Positions 51,016-61,382 of a DNA stretch of 64,000 bases are shown here, piece by piece (position 1 is the first letter of the stretch; each line of letters begins with the position of its first letter). Where the stretch lies: positions 36,640 to 100,639 of the forward strand of contig CAJJBK010000003.1 of the NCBI GenBank assembly GCA_905182415.1. Reading direction: 5' to 3'. Source of the stretch: an uncultured Woeseiaceae bacterium (GTDB taxonomy: Bacteria > Pseudomonadota > Gammaproteobacteria > Steroidobacterales > Woeseiaceae). Both the position numbers and the translations under genes were made by a program. A model generated the notes under the pieces. It saw only the letters and a program-made list of their open reading frames with translations, ran no database searches and had not been told where the DNA came from.

Positions 51016-52680
51016 TTATTCTTCTCTTAATGCTCTTCGGAGTATTTTACCAACATTAGTTTTTGGTAAGTCATCACGGAATTCAATTTCCTTGGGCATT
51101 TTATAGGCGGTTAGATTTTTTTTGCAATGAGCATATATTTCATCCTTAGTCACTTTAGGATCTTTTTTCACGACAAACAACTTGACCACTTCGCCTGATT
51201 GTTCATTATCTACACCAATAGCTGCAGCTTCTAATACTCCATCTAATTCAACAACAACCCCTTCAATTTCATTAGGATAAACATTGAAACCAGAAACAAG
51301 AATCATATCTTTTTTGCGATCTTCTATATAAATATAGCCTTGTTCATCCATTCGACCGATATCACCGGTTTTAAACCAATTATCGGGCAGCATGACTTTT
51401 GCTGTTTCATCAGGCTGCTCCCAATAGCCCACCATCACTTGTGGGCCACGAATGCAGATTTCACCAAGCTCACCAATGTTTAGATTCCCCCCATTATCAT
51501 CACGAATTGAAATTTCTGTAGAAGATATGGGCAGGCCAATTGAGCCACTAAACTCAGTAATATTTATTGGATTAACTACGGCTGCTGGCGATGTTTCGGT
51601 TAATCCATAAGCCTGAAGAATGGGTTGCCCAGTAATTTTCTCCCAGTCTTTTGATACTGCTTTTTGAATAGCCATACCACCACCAACGGTAAAGCGTAAT
51701 TGACTAAAATCAATTTCATCAAAGCCAGGAGTATTGAGTAATGAGGCATACAGTGTATTTACGCCCGTGATATAGACAAATTTATGTTTTTTGAGTTCTT
51801 TAACAAAGGCTGGAAAATCTCTTGGATTGGTTATCAATACGTTTTCACCGCCGTCGAGCATCATTGCCAAGCAATTACTTTGCAGAGAAAAAATGTGATA
51901 AAGAGGTAAGGCTGTAATCGCAATAATGACTTCAACATCATCAAATAGATTCCCTTGCCACGCTTTTGATTGGTGTAAATTAAAGACCATATTTCTGTGA
52001 GTGATCATGGCGCCTTTTGAAAGTCCAGTGGTACCTCCGGTATATTGCAGGAACGCTATATCGTCTTCACTAACGTCCACAGGATCAAGATTCTGATGAT
52101 CTTTCTTGTCTAATGTATCTTGGAAGCTAACTACAGAATTAAGTTTGTATTCTGGAATAACTTTCTTAATGTATTTAAGAACGAAATTAACGATGTGATT
52201 TTTTGGGAAACTCAGTAGGTCGCCTACTTTGGTTAAAATCACTTGATCGATTGCGGTATCGTCAATTATCTCTGCAAGTACATGGGCAAAATTATCAAGA
52301 ATGATAATACTTTGTGCCCCAGAATCACTCAATTGATGCTTTAATTCACGTGGGGTATATAGTGGATTGACATTCACAACAACCAATCCAGCACGCAATA
52401 TGCCACAGAGAGCAACAGGATATTGCAAAATATTTGGCAGCATGATGGCAACACGGTCGCCTTTTTTTAGTTTTAAATCCTGCTGTAAATAACAGGCAAA
52501 TTTTAATGACATTTCATCGAGCTGCTTGAATGTCAGAGTGGCACCCATGTTTGAATAAGCAGTACGTTCTGAATATTTAACCAGACACGATTCGATCAGA
52601 TCTTTCAATGAATTAAATGGCGGCGGAGTTATATTTTCTGGGACACCTTCTGGATAAGATGAAAGCCAAATTTTTTCCAT
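51016..52680 (-). CDS. fadD: Long-chain-fatty-acid--CoA ligase
   Basis: 554 aa. AMP-binding motifs YTGGTTGLSKGA, GYGLTE-like QAYGLTETS, and GDIGRMDEQGYIYIEDRKKD. Confidence 0.88.
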   Translation of the reverse strand: MEKIWLSSYPEGVPENITPPPFNSLKDLIESCLVKYSERTAYSNMGATLTFKQLDEMSLKFACYLQQDLKLKKGDRVAIMLPNILQYPVALCGILRAGLVVVNVNPLYTPRELKHQLSDSGAQSIIILDNFAHVLAEIIDDTAIDQVILTKVGDLLSFPKNHIVNFVLKYIKKVIPEYKLNSVVSFQDTLDKKDHQNLDPVDVSEDDIAFLQYTGGTTGLSKGAMITHRNMVFNLHQSKAWQGNLFDDVEVIIAITALPLYHIFSLQSNCLAMMLDGGENVLITNPRDFPAFVKELKKHKFVYITGVNTLYASLLNTPGFDEIDFSQLRFTVGGGMAIQKAVSKDWEKITGQPILQAYGLTETSPAAVVNPINITEFSGSIGLPISSTEISIRDDNGGNLNIGELGEICIRGPQVMVGYWEQPDETAKVMLPDNWFKTGDIGRMDEQGYIYIEDRKKDMILVSGFNVYPNEIEGVVVELDGVLEAAAIGVDNEQSGEVVKLFVVKKDPKVTKDEIYAHCKKNLTAYKMPKEIEFRDDLPKTNVGKILRRALREE

Positions 52681-52709
52681 TTATAAACTCCTGTCAGTAT
52701 AAGTTAGTG

Positions 52710-53324
52710 CTATTGAATCAGTGGTAACAATGTATCCCATATGTTCTTTAAAAGTATAGGCTGAGCCGTTTCATTAGGATGAATACCATCATCTTGCATC
52801 AGTTTTTTATCAAGAGCCACATTTTCCATAAAAAATTCAATCAGTGGAATGTTATTTTCCTGCGCAAGATGGATATATATATTTTCAAATTCCGTTGTAT
52901 ATCTTGGTCCATAATTCGGGGGTATTTTAATACCTAACAGCAGGACAGACGAATTCTTATCAAGGCTCAGCTTAATTATTTTATCGAGGTTGCCTTGTAT
53001 TCGTGAATGAGGAAATCCTCGTAGGCCATCATTACCGCCTAGTTCAAGTATGATTAATGTTGGAGTGTATTTATTGAGAATACTTTCAATACGGGCGACG
53101 CCACCTTCCGTAGTTTCGCCGCTGATACTCGCATTGATAATATGATAATCGAGGTTCTTGCTTGTAAGCCTTTGCTGCAGTAATGTAGGCCACGCTTGAT
53201 CTATGTCGATACCATAACCTGCACTTAGGCTGTCGCCAAAGATTATTATATTAGATGTTTTTGCATCACTAATATTAGGATTTACAAATACCATAAAGCA
53301 AAAGTAAAAAAAGAGTTTTTTCAT
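52710..53324 (-). CDS. tesA: SGNH/GDSL hydrolase, thioesterase I/arylesterase type
   Basis: Signal peptide [15 protein letters not shown]. Motifs FGDSLSAGYG, GGNDG and DGIHPN. Divergent from ybbA-ybbP as in E. coli. The track's 68-aa N-terminal extension is rejected. Confidence 0.88.
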   Translation of the reverse strand: MKKLFFYFCFMVFVNPNISDAKTSNIIIFGDSLSAGYGIDIDQAWPTLLQQRLTSKNLDYHIINASISGETTEGGVARIESILNKYTPTLIILELGGNDGLRGFPHSRIQGNLDKIIKLSLDKNSSVLLLGIKIPPNYGPRYTTEFENIYIHLAQENNIPLIEFFMENVALDKKLMQDDGIHPNETAQPILLKNIWDTLLPLIQ

Positions 53325-54024
53325 GTCAAATCTATCACTTAATAATGCGCTGGTTGTCAAAAATGTAAGTAAAACAGTTAGTAGCCCGGAAGGGAAGCTA
53401 ACTATTTTATCGAATATAGATTTTATTGTAACTAAAGGAGAATCGGTAGCAATAGTTGGTGCTTCTGGAGCTGGAAAATCTACTCTACTTGGATTAATGG
53501 CGGGTCTCGATACAACATCAACAGGCAAGATTTTTTTAAATGGCCATGAATTATCTGATATGGATGAAGATGGAAGAGCGGATGTGCGAGCTAAAAATGT
53601 AGGCTTTATATTTCAGTCTTTTCATCTTATACCCTCTTTAAATGCACTCGAAAATGTGATGTTGCCACTTGAATTAGTTGGTAAACAATCAGCAAAGAAA
53701 ATTGCCCAAGAAATTTTATTTGAACTGGGTCTCAAGCAAAGAATTTCTCATTACCCGCATCAATTATCGGGAGGTGAAAAGCAGAGAGTAGCAATAGCGA
53801 GGGCATTTGCCTCAGAACCAACAGTATTATTTGCCGATGAACCAACAGGAAATCTGGATACGAAAACGGGCGAAAATATAATGAAAACAATGTTTAAGTT
53901 AAATCAAGAATCAACCACAACCCTTATTTTAGTTACTCATGACAAAGCATTAGCCTCTATGTGTAAGCGAGAAATTATTTTAGATGCTGGTTTATTGGTT
54001 AAGGACAGTAAAATAGAAAAATGA
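53323..54024 (+). CDS. ybbA: ABC transporter ATP-binding protein (LolD/YbbA type)
   Basis: 233 aa. Walker [10 protein letters not shown], signature [14 protein letters not shown] and Walker [12 protein letters not shown]. Confidence 0.9.
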   Translation: MSNLSLNNALVVKNVSKTVSSPEGKLTILSNIDFIVTKGESVAIVGASGAGKSTLLGLMAGLDTTSTGKIFLNGHELSDMDEDGRADVRAKNVGFIFQSFHLIPSLNALENVMLPLELVGKQSAKKIAQEILFELGLKQRISHYPHQLSGGEKQRVAIARAFASEPTVLFADEPTGNLDTKTGENIMKTMFKLNQESTTTLILVTHDKALASMCKREIILDAGLLVKDSKIEK

Positions 54025-56510
54025 AGCTCTTAGTTTTTGCTTTACGAGCCTTTTACCGGCAAATTCGATCGGGTGAAGTCGTTGTTTTGATCGTTGCTAT
54101 TTCATTAGCAGTTGCTTCATTAACAGCAGTTGGTTTTTTGACAGACCGAATTAGCACATCGATTGAAAGGCAAGCGAATGAATTATTGGCTGCCGATTTG
54201 CGAATTCGGTCACCTGAGGAAATTCCAGCGACATGGATAGAAATTGCCTCAGAACAAGGTCTAGACGTAGCATTATCACAATCATTTCCAACGGTAGTTT
54301 ATGCAGGCAGTAAGAGCGCTCTAGCGACCATAAAAGCCGTCAGCAATAACTATCCACTTCGAGGCAAGGTTAGAATATCCAAGACACAGTATGGCGATGA
54401 GTATGTTGCTCACTCTATTCCGAATGAAAACAGTGTTTGGGTTGATAGTGCGTTATTGAGTCGATTGAAAGCCAAGATTGGAGATTTTATTTCAATTGGT
54501 AATAATGATTTCAAAATAGATGCTGTTTTAAGATATCGTCCCGATCAATCCATTGGCTTTGCCTCATTGGCACCCTCAATCTTGGTCAATCTTGCAGCGA
54601 TTCCGTCTACCAATCTTATTACTGAGGGAAGTCGAGTAAATTACTCTTTGTTGTTAGCAGGAGAAGAACAGCTGCTTGAAGATTATACAAACGATATTGC
54701 TGGTCTGATGAGTGAATCTGCTCGAATCAGTGATCGATCTGATAGTAACGAAAGAACGAATCAAGCCATTAATAGATCTCAGCAGTTTTTATCTATGACG
54801 GCCATTATTAGTATTTTATTAAGTGCCATCGCTATTGCTATGTCTGCGCGTCGGTTTATGAAACGACGTATGGATACCGTTGCCTTGATGAAAAGCTTGG
54901 GTGCGAAAAAGCAATTTGTAGTTAATGTAATGTCACTGCAATTGATCATGATTGGCTTGGTTGGTGTGGTTCTAGGCTGCATCATGGGATTTGTTGTGGA
55001 AAATACGGTAAGTAATATTTTGGCTGAATTATTTTCTGGAGAGCTTCCAAAGCCAAGTCTGAAACCTCTTAAGATTGGTTTTCTTGCGGCTTTTATTTTA
55101 TTGCCCGGATTTGCTTTTCCTTCCTTGCTTCAGTTATGTGAGACTTCGCCGCTAAGGGTATTAAGACGGGACAGTATGCCACCACCGCCCTCACAATTAA
55201 TGATAGGTGGCACTGCTGTAGTTGCCATTGGCTTGCTTTTGTATTATTTAATTGGCGATGCTTATTTACTTTCAATCATTATGATTGGCACAATTACTAT
55301 TTCATTCTTGCTTTACGTTGTTGGGCGTCTTTTGGTTTCGTTGTTATCGCGTATGCGAGGCAACATCGGGGCTGCTTGGCGTTATGGATTGGCAAATATT
55401 TCTAGGCGTGGTCGAGAGAGCGCCATTCAAATTGTCGCATTTGGTCTTGGCATAACAGTGTTACTTTTATTGTCATTTATTCGTAACGATTTACTTGAAG
55501 GTTGGCAAGAAACATTGGATGAAAACACACCCAATTATTTTTTAATCAATATTCAACCCGAACAAACACCAGAAGTAGAAAAGATTTTTAAGCAAAATAA
55601 TATAGCCTCTCCAGATTTTGTTCCTCTGGTGAGGGCGCGCATGTCATTCATTAATGATACCAACGTTAAATCAATGGTCTATCCAGATGAAAGAGGCAAA
55701 TGGATGGCCAATCGAGAAGCTAACTTATCATGGTCAAATTCCATCAATACCAGCAACAAACTTGTCAAAGGTAGTTGGTGGTCAGAAGATTATGCGGGGA
55801 TCCCATTGGTTTCAGTTGAAGAGGGTGCAGCTCAAGACATGGGTGTCTCTATAGGCGACACATTAACTTTTTTAGTAGCGGGTGAAGAGGTTAAAACAAC
55901 CATCGCAAATATCAGGCAGGTAGATTGGAATTCCTTTCAACCTAATTTCTTTATGGTGCTCTCAAGTAATGCACTCGAGTCATTTCCAATGACGTTTATA
56001 ACGAGTTTACGCTTAGATAATGATAAAAGTGATGTATTGAGCGTGTTATCCGAGGCATTTCCAACGATTTCCATTATTGATCTTGAGCCAATTTTGCAGC
56101 AGGTTCGTCAAATTATTGAAAAAGTGAGCTTAGCAATCCAAATTGTATTTATCTTTACAATGGCAGCAGGGGTGACGGTGTTGTTTTCGGCGGTTCATTC
56201 GACCATTGATGAGCGGCGTTTTGAAAGTGCTTTATTACGGGCTGTAGGGATGAAAAAACGGATGATATTGATGAGCTTATTGTCTGAATTCGCAGCCATC
56301 GGTCTTGCTGCTGGTTTATTGGCTGCGACAGGATCGTCTATTCTTGCTTGGCAGATTGCAGAACGTTTATTTGATTTGCAATACGTATTCAGTTTCTCTT
56401 TGTGGTTGAAAGGTCTACTGGGCGGTTTACTGTTGGTTTGTGTCAGTGGTTATTTTGCCACCAGAGTGGCCATTAAATCACCACCAATCATTGTATTAAG
56501 AAATAATTAG
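54021..56510 (+). CDS. ybbP: ABC transporter permease with duplicated FtsX domains (YbbP type)
   Basis: 829 aa. Two blocks of FtsX-like TM helices separated by large periplasmic regions. ATGA overlap with ybbA. Confidence 0.85.
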   Translation: MKLLVFALRAFYRQIRSGEVVVLIVAISLAVASLTAVGFLTDRISTSIERQANELLAADLRIRSPEEIPATWIEIASEQGLDVALSQSFPTVVYAGSKSALATIKAVSNNYPLRGKVRISKTQYGDEYVAHSIPNENSVWVDSALLSRLKAKIGDFISIGNNDFKIDAVLRYRPDQSIGFASLAPSILVNLAAIPSTNLITEGSRVNYSLLLAGEEQLLEDYTNDIAGLMSESARISDRSDSNERTNQAINRSQQFLSMTAIISILLSAIAIAMSARRFMKRRMDTVALMKSLGAKKQFVVNVMSLQLIMIGLVGVVLGCIMGFVVENTVSNILAELFSGELPKPSLKPLKIGFLAAFILLPGFAFPSLLQLCETSPLRVLRRDSMPPPPSQLMIGGTAVVAIGLLLYYLIGDAYLLSIIMIGTITISFLLYVVGRLLVSLLSRMRGNIGAAWRYGLANISRRGRESAIQIVAFGLGITVLLLLSFIRNDLLEGWQETLDENTPNYFLINIQPEQTPEVEKIFKQNNIASPDFVPLVRARMSFINDTNVKSMVYPDERGKWMANREANLSWSNSINTSNKLVKGSWWSEDYAGIPLVSVEEGAAQDMGVSIGDTLTFLVAGEEVKTTIANIRQVDWNSFQPNFFMVLSSNALESFPMTFITSLRLDNDKSDVLSVLSEAFPTISIIDLEPILQQVRQIIEKVSLAIQIVFIFTMAAGVTVLFSAVHSTIDERRFESALLRAVGMKKRMILMSLLSEFAAIGLAAGLLAATGSSILAWQIAERLFDLQYVFSFSLWLKGLLGGLLLVCVSGYFATRVAIKSPPIIVLRNN

Positions 56511-56529
56511 ATTAATTAAATATTCTAAA

Positions 56530-57489
56530 TTAGGTTAATACATTTAATTTTTTTTCAGCTTGGAATGCTTCAATGGTATCAGCAAGTTGATTGATTGCAT
56601 TTTGTCTAGCTTCTATTGTGGCCCAAGCAATATGCGGTGTTACGATAAGATTTTTGCCTTTGTATTCGAGTAAAACATTGCCATTGATGGGGGGCTCTTC
56701 AGACAATACGTCAATGGCTGCCGCCGCAATTATTCCTTCATTAAGGGCGTTAAATAAAGCCTGTGAATCTATAAGTGCTCCTCTTGCTGTATTGATTAGA
56801 ATGGCCGATGATTTCATCATTTTTAACTCATTTTCACCGATTATATTATTTGTTATGTCGGTTAAGGGGCAGTGCAATGAAATGACATCGGCTTTCTCAA
56901 GAAGCGATGGCAACGAAATAGATTGTTCATGATCATTTAAATTGGTTGTGGTTCGAGTATTGATCAGTACATCCATACCAAAGTTCTTTGCCATTTTTGC
57001 TACATTCCGACCCAATTCTCCATAACCAACGATGCCCATTGTCATTGAAGAAAGTTCTTTGATGGGGTGATTGAGGAGACAAAAATCATCTGCTTTTTGC
57101 CAATTACCATTGGTTGCTGATTCTTGGTAATGCCCGATATTATGTGACAAACTCAAGAGGACACCAAAGACATGTTCTACTACTGATTGAGAGCAATAAG
57201 AGCGTATATTGCATACTCTAATATTATTTTTTTTGGTGTATGTTAAATCAATATTGTCAGAACCTGTTGCTGTTAGGCCGATAAATTTTAATTGTTTTGC
57301 GGCATTTAAATTGGTTTCATTTAATTCGATTTTATTGGTTAATATATATTCAGCGTCTTGTATACGTTCTTGTACTTCATCAGATGAGGTAGCATCAAAT
57401 AGTTCCAATTCAGGCAGGCACTTAAAGAGTGGTGCTAAGTTTAATTCCTTTGGACCTATGGTGTTATAATCTAGAAAAACTGCTTTCAT
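56530..57489 (-). CDS. D-isomer-specific 2-hydroxyacid dehydrogenase (glycerate/hydroxypyruvate reductase-like)
   Basis: 319 aa. NAD fold GIVGYGELGRNVA, and a catalytic region NTARG...D...PH. Confidence 0.82.
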   Translation of the reverse strand: MKAVFLDYNTIGPKELNLAPLFKCLPELELFDATSSDEVQERIQDAEYILTNKIELNETNLNAAKQLKFIGLTATGSDNIDLTYTKKNNIRVCNIRSYCSQSVVEHVFGVLLSLSHNIGHYQESATNGNWQKADDFCLLNHPIKELSSMTMGIVGYGELGRNVAKMAKNFGMDVLINTRTTTNLNDHEQSISLPSLLEKADVISLHCPLTDITNNIIGENELKMMKSSAILINTARGALIDSQALFNALNEGIIAAAAIDVLSEEPPINGNVLLEYKGKNLIVTPHIAWATIEARQNAINQLADTIEAFQAEKKLNVLT

Positions 57490-57526
57490 AATATTTCAAA
57501 TAGCGAGAAGTTAAGAGAACTATTCT

Positions 57527-57976
57527 ATCCTGTTTAAGGCTGCATTTAGTGAAAAAAAATTTTGGGAAGAAAAAAATTTACGACAAATGAATCCCGATGA
57601 ATGGGAATCATTATGCGATGGTTGTGGGTTATGTTGTCTTGAAAAAATAGAAACCGAAGCGGGCGAAGTTTTTTATAGTGATGTTGCTTGCAAGCTTCTT
57701 GATACAAAAACATGCCGTTGCAGTGATTATAAGAATCGCTCTAAAAGAGTTAAAGATTGTATTCCCTTGTCCGTTGAAGATACCGCTCCGTTTGAATGGC
57801 TGCCCTCCACTTGCGCTTATAAATTAATTCATAATGGAGAAGATCTTCCTGCATGGCATCCGTTGATATCAGGCGACAAACAAACGGTGCATACCTCAGG
57901 AATCTCAGTGAAAAATAGAGTTATATCAGATGACCCGAAAGGTGAATGGACGATCCTACAAAAGATGTCGGATTGA
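57527..57976 (+). CDS. ycgN: UPF0260 / YcgN family Cys-rich protein
   Basis: [15 protein letters not shown] matches E. coli YcgN. The conserved FW-x2-K-x-L-x2-M segment lies upstream of the only ATG (57587). A provisional ATC 57527 (or CTG 57530) start is used. Confidence 0.8.
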   Translation: [149 protein letters not shown]

Positions 57977-57977
57977 A

Positions 57978-60710
57978 TTAACCGGTATTTTGAAGTCCTT
58001 GTGCAATTCCATTAACGCTGGCTACCAATGCTTCAAACAAGATTTCATCGGTGCATCCCGTTTTACGCCATCTTTTAAGTAAATCCACTTGAATCAAACT
58101 CATTGGGTCGACATATGGATTTCGAAGCATAATCGCTCTTTGCAAAGTAGGGTCATTATCTAGAATATCTTTATTTCCAGAATATTTAAGTATGGATTCA
58201 CGCGTGAGATGATATTCAGCCTCAATAATTTTCGAGAAATGAGGGTGCCACTCATCAGACAACTTCGAATAATGGTTTGCGATAGTTAAATCTACTTTTG
58301 CTAACACCATTTCAACATCTGATAACAACGCTTTTATAAAGTACCAATTATGAAACATACTTTTAATTGCTTCATCTCCAAACTGATCTGCGGCAGCTTT
58401 TATGCCACTACCAAAACCATACCAGCCGGGAATTATGTAACGATTTTGCGTCCATGCAAATACCCAAGGAATGGCACGTAAGTTTTCAATACTATTATCA
58501 TCACTACGAGAGGATGGACGAGAGCCGATACGCATTTTTTCTATTAAGTCTATGGGCGTCGCTTGACGGAAATAATCATTAAAACCTGGACTTTGATGCA
58601 ATAAATGCTGATATTTTTTTTGACTCTCTTCAGCAATCACTTGCATGAGGGTTTGCCATTCTGGCATGTCAGTTTTTTGATACTGAGGGATGGCACTGGC
58701 AAGAGCTACTGAACTGGCGGCTTGCTCTAACGTCCTAAGAGCAATACCTCTGAGACCGTATTTTTCATTTATAATCTCGCCCTGCTCTGTAACACGTAGG
58801 TAGCCATTTATTGTTCCCGGCGGTGATCCCAAGACGGCGGCATTTGTTTTTCCACCGCCCCGACTGATAGTTCCCCCTCTTCCATGAAAGAGAAATAGAT
58901 CAAATTTATGAGTTGCTGCGGTTTTGACTAAAGCAATTTGAGCTTCCTGAAGCGCCCATCTTGCTGACGCGATACCAGAATCTTTATTGCTATCAGAATA
59001 ACCAATCATCACTGTTTGTTTGTTTTTACGAACAGCTAAATGATTGCTGTAGGGCTCATTCTCAATGAGCGACTTAATGATTTCTGGACCATTTTTAAGA
59101 TCATCCACTGTTTCTAGTAATGGCACTATGTCGAGCATAATTTGCCCATCACGATTTTGAAGATCACCCCAACTCGCGAGTAAAAGGACAGAGAGAATAT
59201 CATCGATGTCTTGAGTCATGCTGACAATAAAAAGACCGATCGACTCCTTGCCATATTTGCGTTTACAAAAAGCTATTGCTTGAAACACTGCCAAGGTTTT
59301 TTTTGTCAAAGTACTTTGATTATTTAACGGTGACTCTTTATTTTTAAGTGCAGATGAAATGCGCTCTGTTCTTTTTTTAGAACTCCATTGTAACCAATCA
59401 TCCTCGCCTAAACATTCACCAACGACCTCTCTATGAACCGTAGCATTTTGTCTCACATCCAAGGACAGCAAATGAAAATTAAAAGTAGAGATTCTTCTTA
59501 TCAATCGATTAACTGCAAACAACCCAGCACTGTGTCCTTTATTTTGAGCTAAGCTTGATGCAATGATTTCAACGTCTTCCAAAAATTGGGAAGCAGATGT
59601 ATAAGGGAAAGCCTCGTCATCATGAGTCGTTTGTAACCTTTCTTGTATGAGTCGCAACAAGACCCGGTAAGGCATGCCTCGATGCCGCAGTGGAAGGGAG
59701 TGGTAAGCATTCGGGAAACTTTCTTTGTATTCCTCTATCTTATTATGAACAGCATGGTCCACTTGCACTCTTGAGGATGATTGGCTGAGCTTGGCGGATA
59801 GAGAGGCGCATTCATTGAAATACAGATTCAATATGAGTGCCCGCTGCCTTGCCATTGTTGCGCGAATCGTTTTAGCATTAACATTTGGATTGCCATCCAT
59901 ATCACCACCAACCCAACTTGCAAAACTAAGAATATTTGACAGATGTATATCTTTTGCTCCTGCGCCATAAACTCGATGTATTGCATTTTGCATATCTTCA
60001 TAAAGGGGGGGCAAGACTCTATAGAGAACGTCAGTTATAAAAAAAAGAATATGCTCGAGCTCATCTGCTACGGTCATTTGATCAGAGGGGTGTTCTTGTG
60101 TTTGCCAAGCTGTCGATATCTCAAGTTTAATATTTTCCATGCATACGGTTTTTTCTTGTAATGTCATGGTTGGATTCAACATTTCAATGAGTTGCCTTAC
60201 GATGCGTTGTTCTTTCTGTAAGATAGTGCGCCTTGTCGGTTCGGTGGGGTGCGCGGTAAATACTGGTTGTATGAGTATTGATTTAAATAATCGTTCCAAT
60301 TCCTCTATATTTATATCGTTGGCTTTTAATTTTACGAGTGTTTCTTCCATGCCACCTGGCTGATATTGACCTGGGTCTTGAGTGTAAGCGCGCCGCCTCC
60401 TGATACGATGTACTTTTTCAGCCGTATTCGCCATTTGAAAATATGTCGAAAAAGAACGAATTACTTCCATAGCAAAAACAGGCTCTAGATTTTTAAGTAA
60501 GTCTTTTAAAGTGGGATTGTCGGAAACGTCCTGATTACGATTTTCGATTGCGGTGAGACGCGCATTTTCAACAAAATCATACAACTTTTGTCCGCCCTGT
60601 TCTTTGATTAAGTCACCAATAAGGACTCCAAGCATATGCACGTCACTGCGCAATGCCTGATCTTTTTCTGCGAATTGTATATTTTCTCTGCGCAAGCGAT
60701 TAACCCTCAT
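57978..60710 (-). CDS. ppc: Phosphoenolpyruvate carboxylase
   Basis: 910 aa. Motifs VFTAHPTE, GYSDSNKD and FHGRGGTISRGGG, with the C-terminal QNTG. Confidence 0.96.
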   Translation of the reverse strand: MRVNRLRRENIQFAEKDQALRSDVHMLGVLIGDLIKEQGGQKLYDFVENARLTAIENRNQDVSDNPTLKDLLKNLEPVFAMEVIRSFSTYFQMANTAEKVHRIRRRRAYTQDPGQYQPGGMEETLVKLKANDINIEELERLFKSILIQPVFTAHPTEPTRRTILQKEQRIVRQLIEMLNPTMTLQEKTVCMENIKLEISTAWQTQEHPSDQMTVADELEHILFFITDVLYRVLPPLYEDMQNAIHRVYGAGAKDIHLSNILSFASWVGGDMDGNPNVNAKTIRATMARQRALILNLYFNECASLSAKLSQSSSRVQVDHAVHNKIEEYKESFPNAYHSLPLRHRGMPYRVLLRLIQERLQTTHDDEAFPYTSASQFLEDVEIIASSLAQNKGHSAGLFAVNRLIRRISTFNFHLLSLDVRQNATVHREVVGECLGEDDWLQWSSKKRTERISSALKNKESPLNNQSTLTKKTLAVFQAIAFCKRKYGKESIGLFIVSMTQDIDDILSVLLLASWGDLQNRDGQIMLDIVPLLETVDDLKNGPEIIKSLIENEPYSNHLAVRKNKQTVMIGYSDSNKDSGIASARWALQEAQIALVKTAATHKFDLFLFHGRGGTISRGGGKTNAAVLGSPPGTINGYLRVTEQGEIINEKYGLRGIALRTLEQAASSVALASAIPQYQKTDMPEWQTLMQVIAEESQKKYQHLLHQSPGFNDYFRQATPIDLIEKMRIGSRPSSRSDDNSIENLRAIPWVFAWTQNRYIIPGWYGFGSGIKAAADQFGDEAIKSMFHNWYFIKALLSDVEMVLAKVDLTIANHYSKLSDEWHPHFSKIIEAEYHLTRESILKYSGNKDILDNDPTLQRAIMLRNPYVDPMSLIQVDLLKRWRKTGCTDEILFEALVASVNGIAQGLQNTG

Positions 60711-60722
60711 ATTTATCTATGA

Positions 60723-61205
60723 TTAATCACGGAAGTTTTCGTATTGTAAGGGTAAATCAACATCCAATTCTTTGAGGAATTTGATTGTATTTTGAAGGTC
60801 ATCTCTTTTTTTCCCTGAAACACGTAATTGCTCACCCTGAATAGCAACTTGAACTTTAATTTTATTGGCCTTAATTTTCTTTACTAAATGTCTGGCTAGT
60901 TCACTATCGATGCCTTTCCTTAAGATAACATTTTGGTGGGCTTCATTGCCGCTCAGGTCAGGATCCTCAACTTTCAGACAGCCAATATTAATGCCGCGTT
61001 TCGAAAGTTTTTGTTTCAAAATATCCAGCATTTGTTGCAATTGAAATTCAGATTGAGAGGTTAGCTTGATTGCAGCTTCTTCAAAGATGAATCTTGAGTT
61101 TGATCCTTTGAAATCAAAGCGCGTCGTCACTTCACGATTGCTTTGATCTATCGCATTAGTTACTTCGTGTTGATCGAAGTCACTTACTACATCGAATGAA
61201 GGCAT
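60723..61205 (-). CDS. yajQ: YajQ family nucleotide-binding protein (UPF0234)
   Basis: MPSFDVVSDFDQHEVTNAIDQ is the canonical YajQ N-terminus. The track's 14-aa extension is rejected. Confidence 0.9.
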   Translation of the reverse strand: MPSFDVVSDFDQHEVTNAIDQSNREVTTRFDFKGSNSRFIFEEAAIKLTSQSEFQLQQMLDILKQKLSKRGINIGCLKVEDPDLSGNEAHQNVILRKGIDSELARHLVKKIKANKIKVQVAIQGEQLRVSGKKRDDLQNTIKFLKELDVDLPLQYENFRD

Positions 61206-61382
61206 ATTAATGTCCATTAATAAATAACAATCACGAGACCTTAACAAAAACTATACTAGATCTACAGCGATTATAAACTCTAGTTATCGTTTGATGTCAC
61301 TGCGTCGAATAATGCATTAATTGAATTAGGCTATAATATATATGAATATACAAAGTAATTAGATATTTAAAAGTGAATTATA

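Noticed and set aside
53325-53528. 68-aa N-terminal extension of tesA proposed by the ORF track (start at 53528)
   Set aside because: The extension runs antisense through the Walker A region of ybbA and has no signal peptide. The internal Met at 53324 gives a classical signal peptide followed directly by the GDSL motif.
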